A stretch of 55,616 bases of DNA, from the NCBI GenBank assembly GCA_030740155.1, contig JASLXV010000040.1, positions 1-55,616 of the forward strand, given 5' to 3'. Source of the stretch: Dehalococcoidia bacterium. GTDB lineage: Bacteria; Chloroflexota; Dehalococcoidia; Lucifugimonadales; UBA3495. The position numbers and the translations under genes are program-made. The number at the start of each line of letters is the position of its first letter. Position 1 is the stretch's first letter. Under the pieces are notes generated by a model, which did no database searches, had not been told where the DNA came from, and worked only from the letters and a program-made list of their open reading frames with translations. Shown here in pieces: positions 18,870 to 26,823 of the stretch.

Positions 18870-19970
18870 TTACGTCACTTCGTACTGCTTGATCGCGTCT
18901 TGGCTGAACTTCAGTCCGAGGCCCGGTTTGTTCGGTACCACGAGCTGTCCGTCAACCAGGGCAGGGGTCTCTTCGAACAGCTTCAGGGTCCAGGGCATGT
19001 ACTCCACAGTCAGGCCGTTTGGTATGGCCGCCACCAGTTGGACGTGGATTTCGGGAATCAGGTGGCTGACCACCGGCATGTTGAAGGCCTCGGCCATCGC
19101 CGCCACCTTCTGCCATTGGGTGATGCCTCCCACCCGCAACAGGTCGATCATCACGATATCGATGGACCGGGCCTCGAGCATGTGGCGGAACGGGATGATG
19201 CCGTAGTGGTACTCTCCGGCGGCGAGGGGAGTGGCCAGGGCGTCGGCAACCCGGGCCTGCCCCGCGAAATCGTCGTGGGCCACCACATCCTCCAGCCAGA
19301 ACAGGTGGTACTCCTCCAGCCTGCTTCCAATCGAGATGGCCTGGCGCACGTCCCAAAGCTGGTTGATGTCGCACATCAGGTCGATGTCCTCGCCGATGCC
19401 CTCGCGCAGCACCCTGATCCGCTCCAACTCTTTTTCCACCGTCGGCTCGGCCCCCAGTTGGGTCTTCATCTGCTTGAAGCCCATCTCCACCATCCGGGGT
19501 CCCGCATCCTTCAGGTACTCCGTGTTGTGGGTGCGCATTAACGCGCCGCTGGCGTAGGTAGGCGCCCGGTCCCGATAGCCTCCAAGGAGAGAGCAGACCG
19601 ACTGTCCCATGGCTTTGCCTTTGATATCCCAAAGGGCCATGTCGATGGCCGACAGGGCCAGGGTGAATATGCCCCCCGGCCCGGCGGCGCCGGCCACCCC
19701 TCGAAGCTTGCTGACGACGGCCTCCACCCGCATCGGGTCCTCGCCTACGACCACCTGGCAGAGGGCATCCACCGTTGCTTTCAGGGCTGGAGTCAGCGGG
19801 TTTTCGCTGAGACCCGGAGCGAAGGTGAGGCCGATGCCCTGAACGCCCTCATCGGTGTCCATCTCCAAGGTAACGAAAGCCCTTTTGGCGTTGCCCTGGG
19901 GAATCCCGACCACCAACGGGTGATCCGCCGGCGTGCGAAGCACCCGCGTCGTTGCTTGTGTTACTTTCAT
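18870..19970 (-). CDS. Mandelate racemase / muconate lactonizing enzyme family enolase
   Basis: SAIDMALWDIKGK, LLGG, MCDINQ, WLED, AGE and GGIT. True start is MKVTQ at 19970. Confidence 0.93.
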   Translation of the reverse strand: MKVTQATTRVLRTPADHPLVVGIPQGNAKRAFVTLEMDTDEGVQGIGLTFAPGLSENPLTPALKATVDALCQVVVGEDPMRVEAVVSKLRGVAGAAGPGGIFTLALSAIDMALWDIKGKAMGQSVCSLLGGYRDRAPTYASGALMRTHNTEYLKDAGPRMVEMGFKQMKTQLGAEPTVEKELERIRVLREGIGEDIDLMCDINQLWDVRQAISIGSRLEEYHLFWLEDVVAHDDFAGQARVADALATPLAAGEYHYGIIPFRHMLEARSIDIVMIDLLRVGGITQWQKVAAMAEAFNMPVVSHLIPEIHVQLVAAIPNGLTVEYMPWTLKLFEETPALVDGQLVVPNKPGLGLKFSQDAIKQYEVT

Positions 19971-20048
19971 AGATCCGGTCCTTCGATGGTGGTGGCGCCA
20001 GGCGGAATCACCCGCCGGGCGGCCCGGTTGTATAGGTGAGGGCGAGGT

Positions 20049-20128
20049 GACCCCCTCTAATCTCCCCCTTCGCAAGGGGGAGAGAACTGTTCCTTCCCCT
20101 TCACGAAGGGGAAGGTCAGGATGGGGTT
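20049..20128. repeat. Double-hairpin repeat (CCCCTTCGCAAGGGG...CCCCTTCACGAAGGGG), copy 1
   Basis: Near-identical to 26575..26656. Confidence 0.8.
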
Positions 20129-20161
20129 CCTCGCGGTCCGTCAAAACCAAGCTGGTGGTCC

Positions 20162-20752
20162 CTATTTGCCGGTGCCGAATTCCCGCATCAAGTCGATGAT
20201 GGCCTCGGGAGTCCGCCGGGCCGGAGCGCCCTGGCTCGCCGCTCTCTCTTCCGCACCCCGGATGTTGGGAACGGCCTTGACGCACACGAACACCGGCCCT
20301 TCCTGGCTCAGAATCTGCTCTGCCTGGGTGGCGAAGTCTTCCAGGTCGTCGAAGGTGTAGGTGTGCGCGTAGCCCGCGGCCCTCGCCACTTCGGCGTAGT
20401 CCGTGGTCCCGGCGCCGGGCACATCCTGGCCGCCGGTGGTCGCGTAGACCCCGTTTTCCATGAGGAAGTGGTACATGTTCTTGGGCGCTTTGTTGCCGAT
20501 GGTCACCAGGGTGCCCAAATTCATCACCAGGCTGCCGTCGCCGTCGTAGACGATGACCTTGGTCTCGGGCTGGGCCAGACAGAAGCCCAGGGCGAAAGAC
20601 GAGGTCTTGCTCATGGCGCCGCTGACGGGAATGTCCCGGTTGACGTTGTTGGACACGCTCGTCCAGGCCACGTTGGCCCGCATCGCCGGGACCACCACGG
20701 CGTCGCCTCGCAACTTTTCGATAACTCGCATCATCTCCACCGGCTCGATCAT
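20162..20752 (-). CDS. TPP-binding subunit, sulfopyruvate/phosphonopyruvate decarboxylase beta (ComE-like)
   Basis: TPP motif DGDGSLVMNLG...ENGVYATTGGQ; GGAGG RBS. Confidence 0.85.
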   Translation of the reverse strand: MIEPVEMMRVIEKLRGDAVVVPAMRANVAWTSVSNNVNRDIPVSGAMSKTSSFALGFCLAQPETKVIVYDGDGSLVMNLGTLVTIGNKAPKNMYHFLMENGVYATTGGQDVPGAGTTDYAEVARAAGYAHTYTFDDLEDFATQAEQILSQEGPVFVCVKAVPNIRGAEERAASQGAPARRTPEAIIDLMREFGTGK

Positions 20753-21239
20753 TACTCTCGCCTCCGCTCAAACAAATTGGCACATAATATGGCAAACAAA
20801 GTGGGACGTGTGACGTCAACCATTTGGTTCTTGCCCTACGTTATTCCTGGCCAGGCTCCCAGGCACAGGCCATTCTAACATACATCGGCTCGCCGAACCC
20901 CGGCGCCGTCCAATTGCATGGCGATCGCGTCGAATCCCTTATCTTGGGGATAATGCATGGCCCAAAAATGGTGTAGCATGAGTTGTACCGGCGAAAGCCG
21001 GAACACAGAGACAGGAGCTTCTCCGCGGCGGTTGCCCTTGTCACGGATGGGGCGCCTGGATTCCCCTTCCGCGGAAGGGCCGGAATGACGAGGGTGACGC
21101 CGGAATGACGAGGGTGCGCAAGTAGGATATAAGGAGGATATAGGGAGATCAGGTCCAGCAACCAAGGTCTCGATCAAGCATAGCCGTAGATTCAAAGGCT
21201 GGCTAGGACGCGGTTGCCCTGTTGGATAAGGGCGGCCGG

Positions 21240-21269
21240 TTGACACCCGCGCTTCCCCACTTCTATAAT
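21240..21269 (+). promoter_or_regulatory. Sigma70-type promoter TTGACA-N18-TATAAT for the thiamine salvage operon
   Basis: Consensus -35 at 21240-21245 and -10 at 21264-21269, directly before the riboswitch. Confidence 0.8.
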
Positions 21270-21299
21270 TCCCTCACTTAACAATCGAATAGGCTGAGG

Positions 21300-21395
21300 C
21301 ACGTAGGGGAGCTCGGTTGAGCCGGGCTGAGAGGGCGACCCTCAATGTCACCGACCCTTGCGAACCTGATCTGGGTAATGCCAGCGGAGGGAATC
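21300..21395 (+). promoter_or_regulatory. TPP riboswitch (THI element)
   Basis: GGGGAGC...GCTGAGAG...GACCC...GAACCTGATCTGGGTAATGCCAGCGGAGGGA consensus, upstream of thiamine-precursor genes. Confidence 0.96.
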
Positions 21396-21462
21396 GGGCT
21401 ATGATATTGGTGTCAACGTTAGGCCGCTGGGCGAATTAACCCGGCGGCCTATTTCTTTTGCC

Positions 21463-22311
21463 GTGGGCAGGGTCGCGGAGCGTATGGACAATCGAGCCAC
21501 ACCTGATCCAAGTGATAGGGCAAAGGTCAGGGCGGATTCCATTGACAAGTCCTTCGCCGTGGACGGGCGCCGGGAGCCGGTCCTGGCCGGGGTCAGCCTT
21601 GACGTGAGTCCCGGCCAGTTCGTCGCCATCATCGGCCCCAGCGGCTGCGGCAAGAGCACCTTGCTCAACATCATCGCCGGCCTGGACCAGCCCGACGCCG
21701 GGACAGTGGAGATCGACGGAGACCCGGCCGGTCAGAGATTGGGCCGCATCGGATACATGCAGCAGAAGGACCTCCTGCTGCCATGGCGAACGGTGGTAGA
21801 CAACGCCGCCTTGGGCCTTGAACTCCGGGGAACCCCCCGTCGCCAGGCTCGCCGCCGGGCACTGGAGCTGACCGAGCTGTTCGGCCTCAAAGGGTTCGAG
21901 CATCAATACCCCTTCGCTCTGTCGGGGGGCATGCGCCAGCGTGCCGCTTTTCTCCGGACCATGCTGCTGGACCAGGAAGTGGTGCTGCTGGACGAGCCCT
22001 TCGGGGCCCTGGACGCCCTTACCCGCGTCCAGATGCAGGAGTGGCTGCTGGACCTTTGGGGCACTCTGGGAAAGACGATCATCTTGATCACCCACGACGT
22101 GGACGAGGCGATCTTGATGTCCGATCGGGTCTACGTGATGACCGCCCGTCCGGGGCGGATAACCATGGTCCTGGATATATCCCTGCCCAGGCCTCGACAT
22201 TTCATGGAGGTCACCCAGCCGGCATTCGTTGAACTCAAAGCTCGCCTGCTGGCGCCGCTGCACGACGAGAGTTCCAAGCAGGATATTTTGCAGCCTGGGA
22301 AGCGGAGCTGA
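21463..22311 (+). CDS. ABC transporter ATP-binding subunit (ThiZ-like)
   Basis: GPSGCGKST, LSGGMRQR and LLDEPFGALD. Start codon uncertain (21463 or 21484). Confidence 0.92.
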   Translation: MGRVAERMDNRATPDPSDRAKVRADSIDKSFAVDGRREPVLAGVSLDVSPGQFVAIIGPSGCGKSTLLNIIAGLDQPDAGTVEIDGDPAGQRLGRIGYMQQKDLLLPWRTVVDNAALGLELRGTPRRQARRRALELTELFGLKGFEHQYPFALSGGMRQRAAFLRTMLLDQEVVLLDEPFGALDALTRVQMQEWLLDLWGTLGKTIILITHDVDEAILMSDRVYVMTARPGRITMVLDISLPRPRHFMEVTQPAFVELKARLLAPLHDESSKQDILQPGKRS

Positions 22312-23207
22312 TGGGCGTTAACCCGGTGAGAGCAGGGCAACACATCGAACGGGAGGAACCCGAGGCCCACCCGTCTCCGGCGCCCGGTCCCTTTACGGCG
22401 ATACCGGGAAGCCGGCCCGGCGGCGCCCTGAGCCGCGTCCTCTTGTGGGCGATTCCCCTGCTGATTCTGGCCACGCTGGTGGGCGCCTGGGAACTCTGGG
22501 TTCAAGTGAGGGACGTGCCCAAATGGCAACTGCCTGCACCATCGGCCATCGGGCGGGAGCTGGCCGACAGCCGGGCGCTGCTTTGGGACAACACTCTGAT
22601 CACCCTGGAAGAGGTCGTGATCGGGTTCATGGTCGCCCTGGCCGCCGGCGTGGCGCTGGCGGCCCTGATCGCCTACTCGAGGATACTTGAAAGGTCCATC
22701 TACCCCATAGTCATCGCCTCCCAGACCATACCGATTATCGCCGTCGCGCCGTTGCTGCTGATCTGGGTGGGCTACGGGATGACCCCGAAAATCATCGTAG
22801 TGGCGCTGATCGCTTTCTATCCCATCGCGGTCAACGCCGTGGACGGCCTCAAAGCCATCGATCCGGATATGGTCAATATGATGCGCACCCTGGGCGCGTC
22901 CCGCTGGCAGGTGTTCACCAAGCTGCAGGTGCCAACGTCACTGCCGTTCATGTTTTCCGGGATCAAGATCGGCATCTCGGTGAGCGTCATCGCGGCGGTA
23001 ATCGGCGAATGGGTTGGCGCCAGCGCCGGGCTGGGATACCTCATAACCTACTCCCAGCCGCTGTTCCTGACCGCCCGGGTGTTCGCCGCCATCGTGGTGC
23101 TGTCGGTCATGGGCATGACCCTCTTCGCTTTAGCCGGCCTGGCGGAACGGTTGCTGCTGCCCTGGTACCACACCGAAAAACAAGCCAAGGCCCTCGGGCG
23201 GGAATGA
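22311..23207 (+). CDS. ABC transporter permease (ThiX-like)
   Basis: LPAPS, EAA-like loop (MRTLGASRWQ) and VIGEWVGASAGLG. Confidence 0.92.
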   Translation: MGVNPVRAGQHIEREEPEAHPSPAPGPFTAIPGSRPGGALSRVLLWAIPLLILATLVGAWELWVQVRDVPKWQLPAPSAIGRELADSRALLWDNTLITLEEVVIGFMVALAAGVALAALIAYSRILERSIYPIVIASQTIPIIAVAPLLLIWVGYGMTPKIIVVALIAFYPIAVNAVDGLKAIDPDMVNMMRTLGASRWQVFTKLQVPTSLPFMFSGIKIGISVSVIAAVIGEWVGASAGLGYLITYSQPLFLTARVFAAIVVLSVMGMTLFALAGLAERLLLPWYHTEKQAKALGRE

Positions 23208-23310
23208 CCCGGCACGTCCTGCCTGGAAGAAGCTATCTGGCGCATCGCCCACCAGCGCCGGTCCGCAAATAGTCTGGTTGGTAATCTTGGAGAGTGAGGA
23301 GCGAAGCTCT

Positions 23311-24333
23311 ATGAAAAGAATGGCTGGTCTGATTGTGATCACCCTCGTCCTGATGCTGGCGGCGGTCGCTTGTGGCTCTAGCGCGACGCCGACGCCGGCC
23401 CCTCAGCCGACGGCGACGCCCGTGCCCTTGACCAAAGTGTCGGTATCCCTGGACTGGTTCCCCTGGTCCAACCACTCCGGGTTGTACATCGCCCTGGACA
23501 AAGGCTATTTCGCCGAGGAAGGGCTGGAGGTGGACATCCACCCGCCGGCGGACCCTTCGGCCGTCCTGCAAACTGTGGCCGCCGGGCGGGACGACTTCGG
23601 CATCAACTACCAGACCGGAGTGATGATTGCCCGGGAGCAGGATATCCCCGTGGTCTCGATCATGGCCCTGGTGCAGCACCCCCTGAATTCCGTGATGACG
23701 TTGAAAGAATCGGGCATCGCCGAGCCCAAAGACCTGGCGGGCAAAACCGTCGGGTGGCCCGGCATTCCGGACAACGAGCCGCTGCTGGACACCATGCTGA
23801 AGAGCCAGGGGTTGACCCTGGATGACGTGGAGCTGGTCAACGTGGGCTTCGACTTGGTCCCCGCCCTGATCGGCAAGAAGGTCGACGCCATCGTGGGGGC
23901 CTACTGGGTCCACGAGTCCATCTCCGCCACCAACCAGGGGTTCGAACTGAACATAATGCGCATGGAGCAGCACGGTGTCCCGGACTTCTACGAGTTGGTT
24001 ATGGTGGCCAACGAGGAAAAGATCGCCAAGGAGCCCGACCAGGTCCGGGGCTTCGTCCGGGCGTCCATACGGGGCTACCAGGACGCCATCGCGGACCCCC
24101 AGGGAGCGGTGGAGTTGCTCAAACGGCTCAGGCCGGAGGTGGACCTGGACATCGAAAAACCGGGAGTGGACCTGCTGGCCCCGCTCTGGTCATCCAGCGC
24201 CGGTGTATTTGGCTGGCAGGAGGAAGAACGTTGGGTGAGCTTCGCCAAGTGGATGCAGGAAAACGGGCTGCTTACCTCTGAAGGCGACGCCCTGGCGGCC
24301 TTCGACAACAGCTTCGTGTCCGGCGCTCAGTAG
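23311..24333 (+). CDS. NMT1/THI5-type substrate-binding lipoprotein (ThiY-like)
   Basis: Lipobox AVAC and LDWFPWSNHSGLYIA..KGYF..EGL. Confidence 0.92.
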   Translation: MKRMAGLIVITLVLMLAAVACGSSATPTPAPQPTATPVPLTKVSVSLDWFPWSNHSGLYIALDKGYFAEEGLEVDIHPPADPSAVLQTVAAGRDDFGINYQTGVMIAREQDIPVVSIMALVQHPLNSVMTLKESGIAEPKDLAGKTVGWPGIPDNEPLLDTMLKSQGLTLDDVELVNVGFDLVPALIGKKVDAIVGAYWVHESISATNQGFELNIMRMEQHGVPDFYELVMVANEEKIAKEPDQVRGFVRASIRGYQDAIADPQGAVELLKRLRPEVDLDIEKPGVDLLAPLWSSSAGVFGWQEEERWVSFAKWMQENGLLTSEGDALAAFDNSFVSGAQ

Positions 24334-24450
24334 TGTCGAGTATTGGCGCCGGCGCGGCCATCTCATGAGGTTATGAGAGCGTCGGCGACCCGGTCCTGGT
24401 GGTATACTTGGCCCAGTCGGCGTCACCGGAATACCGGTTAGAGGTTGATA

Positions 24451-24783
24451 ATGTCGCTCTATTTTCTGCTGGGAACCCTCACCTACGCGGGCCAGAAGAT
24501 GGTCCGCGAAAACCCGGATCTGATAGTGAACGCCACCCGCGCTATCCAGGTCGAGGGCGCCGAGTTTCTCGGGCAGTATGGCGTGCTGGGGAAATACGAT
24601 TACCTCATGATGGTCGAGGCCAACGACAACGACTCCGTGGCCCGGCTCTCCCTTGCATTGGGCGTTCGGACCGGTCTGCACATCGAGACCCTCCCGGCCA
24701 TCGCCATCGGCTCTCTCACCGATAGGTCGCAAGACGAGCCTGCCTCGCAGTCCACGTCGGTCCACCAGCCCCCGGGCGAATAG
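24451..24783 (+). CDS. GYD domain protein
   Basis: QYGVLGKYD and ETLPA pattern; GAGG before ATG 24451. Confidence 0.85.
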   Translation: MSLYFLLGTLTYAGQKMVRENPDLIVNATRAIQVEGAEFLGQYGVLGKYDYLMMVEANDNDSVARLSLALGVRTGLHIETLPAIAIGSLTDRSQDEPASQSTSVHQPPGE

Positions 24784-25044
24784 GGCGCGAATCAGATTGC
24801 GAAGAAGTCCCACGGACCCCGATTGCAACGGGGCGCCACGATGCTTGAAGACTGCCTTGCACAGTTTACCAAGTCCGTCGCTGAATAAAGAGGGAAGGGG
24901 GCCTGTGCCGCTCCGCCTTCGGTGGAGAGGAACAGGCCGTTCTCTACATCCAGTGGCATGGCCGCGCGCGAACCCAATTGGCTCGCAAACGTGGCGCCGG
25001 GCGGGACAGGCGCGCGAACCGTCTTTCAGGAGGCCCTGCGCGGT

Positions 25045-25707
25045 ATGGGCTTGAGCGACGAATTACGGGCCGGAGTCCAAGCCGTTTGGGAGCGGGTGGT
25101 TAACCATACCTTCGTGACCGGGTTGGGCGACAACACGCTGCCCCAAGAGACTTTCAATATCTACTTCGACCAGGACTATCTGTTTCTGAGAGACTGGTCC
25201 ATCCTGCTCAGCATGGCCACGGCCAAAGCGCCTGACTTCGACGCGGCCCGCCAACTGGTCGGCTTCCTCCACCTGGGGCTCGGCGGCGAAGAGGGCTTGT
25301 TCCAGCGGGCCTTCCGGGAACGGGGCCTGTCCCCCCAAGAAGTAGCCGACCTGGAGTACCGGCCCACCACCCTGCACTACAGCGGCTATCTGCGCAAGAT
25401 CGCCCACGAAGGCAGCTTTCTGGACCTGGCGGCCACCCTGCTGGCGGTGGAGTGGCCCTACTTGGACTGGGCCCAGTGGCTCGAATCCGAGGGCAAGCGG
25501 CCCGACAACTACTACTATCAGACCTGGATCGACATCCACGCCGGCGAGGGCATGATCGGCTTCGTGGGTTGGCTGCGCCAAACGCTCGACGCCGCCCCGG
25601 CCACGCCGGCGGACCGCGCCCGCTGGCAAGAAATCTTCCGGGACGTGCTCCGCTACGAGCTTCTCTTCTGGGAGATGGCCTGCCAGGACGAGCGGTGGCC
25701 GGAATGA
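25045..25707 (+). CDS. tenA: TenA family protein (TenA_E-like)
   Basis: HTFV, YFDQDYLFL, WIDIH and YELLFWEMA; AGGAGG RBS; coupled to thiD. Confidence 0.9.
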   Translation: MGLSDELRAGVQAVWERVVNHTFVTGLGDNTLPQETFNIYFDQDYLFLRDWSILLSMATAKAPDFDAARQLVGFLHLGLGGEEGLFQRAFRERGLSPQEVADLEYRPTTLHYSGYLRKIAHEGSFLDLAATLLAVEWPYLDWAQWLESEGKRPDNYYYQTWIDIHAGEGMIGFVGWLRQTLDAAPATPADRARWQEIFRDVLRYELLFWEMACQDERWPE

Positions 25708-26498
25708 CCTCCATCCCCAAAGCCTTGACCATCGCCGGGTCCGACTCCGGCGGCGGCGCGGGTATCCAGGCCGACCTCAAGACCTTCGCCGCGTTGGGGG
25801 TGTACGGCGCCTCCGCGCTGACCGCCATCACCGCCCAGAACACCGTGGGCGTAACCGCCGTCCACGAGATTCCCACCGAAATAATCACCTCCCAGATCGA
25901 TGCCGTGCTCGACGACATCGGGGCCGATTCCGTCAAGACGGGCATGCTGGCTAACGGCCCCATCATCGGGTGCGTCGCCGACGCGCTGCAGCGGCATGGG
26001 GTCCCTTGGCTGGTGGTGGACCCGGTCATGGTGGCCAAGAGCGGCGACCCATTGCTTCGGGAAGATGCCGTCGAGGCCCTGCGCAACCGGCTCTTGCCTC
26101 TGGCCTCGGTGGTCACGCCCAATATTCCCGAGGCTGAGACCCTGACCGGGATGAAGATATCCTCCGACGCCGAGGTGCGGCGCGCCGCCGAACTGATCGT
26201 CGAGATGGGCGCTAATAGCGTGGTGGTCAAGGGTGGCCACCGAGAGGGCCCGGCCGCCGATCTGTTCTACGACGGCGCCCGCTTCCAGGAGTTTTCCGCC
26301 CCTCGTATCGATACCCGCAACACCCACGGCACTGGGTGCACCTTCGCCTCGGCCGTCGCCGCCGGACTGGCTCGAGGGATGAGCGTAGCCGAGGCGGTCG
26401 CGCTGGCGAAGAACTACGTGACCGAGGCCATCCGCCGCTCCTTTCCCCTGGGCCGGGGTCACGGCCCCCTCAACCATTTCTATAAGCTGTGGAAGTAG
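25704..26498 (+). CDS. thiD: HMP/HMP-P kinase
   Basis: IAGSDSGGGAGIQADLKTF, TPNIPEAE and NTHGTGCT; ATGA overlap with tenA. Confidence 0.97.
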   Translation: MTSIPKALTIAGSDSGGGAGIQADLKTFAALGVYGASALTAITAQNTVGVTAVHEIPTEIITSQIDAVLDDIGADSVKTGMLANGPIIGCVADALQRHGVPWLVVDPVMVAKSGDPLLREDAVEALRNRLLPLASVVTPNIPEAETLTGMKISSDAEVRRAAELIVEMGANSVVVKGGHREGPAADLFYDGARFQEFSAPRIDTRNTHGTGCTFASAVAAGLARGMSVAEAVALAKNYVTEAIRRSFPLGRGHGPLNHFYKLWK

Positions 26499-26574
26499 GT
26501 TAGGGGACGAAGGCCTCTGGTGGGGGCACAAGCCGGGTATGAAGCGTTACCTATGCGCCCGGTTTGTATCGTTT

Positions 26575-26656
26575 GACCCCCTCTCTTATCTCCCCCTTCG
26601 CAAGGGGGAGAGGACGGTTCCTTCCCCTTACGAAGGGGGAGGTTAGGATGGGGTTT
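26575..26656. repeat. Double-hairpin repeat, copy 2
   Basis: Near-identical to 20049..20128. Confidence 0.8.
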
Positions 26657-26823
26657 CCAGGCCGGGCGTCAAGTTGCACGTGCTCCGTAAACACCACCCC
26701 ACACTCCCCCAACACGAGGTGAGAGCGGCGCACGGGCCTACGGTTACGGTATAATGGCCGTCTGTGAGCCAAACGCACTCCGCGACTGTCTGAGGACTCG
26801 CCAAGATCAGAGGTAAACTGTCC

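Noticed and set aside
18870..20819. 649-aa ORF suggesting an N-terminally extended enolase
   Set aside because: The extension overlaps the TPP-subunit gene in another frame and crosses a repeat; family similarity begins only at MKVTQ (19970).
24875..24950. c-di-AMP (ydaO) riboswitch suggested by CGCTGAAT
   Set aside because: The remaining conserved blocks are absent; it is only a long hairpin with a CTCCGCCTTCGGTGGAG core.
26700..26823. T-box leader upstream of ileS
   Set aside because: No T-box consensus or terminator, and the leader after the TATAAT near 26750 is too short.
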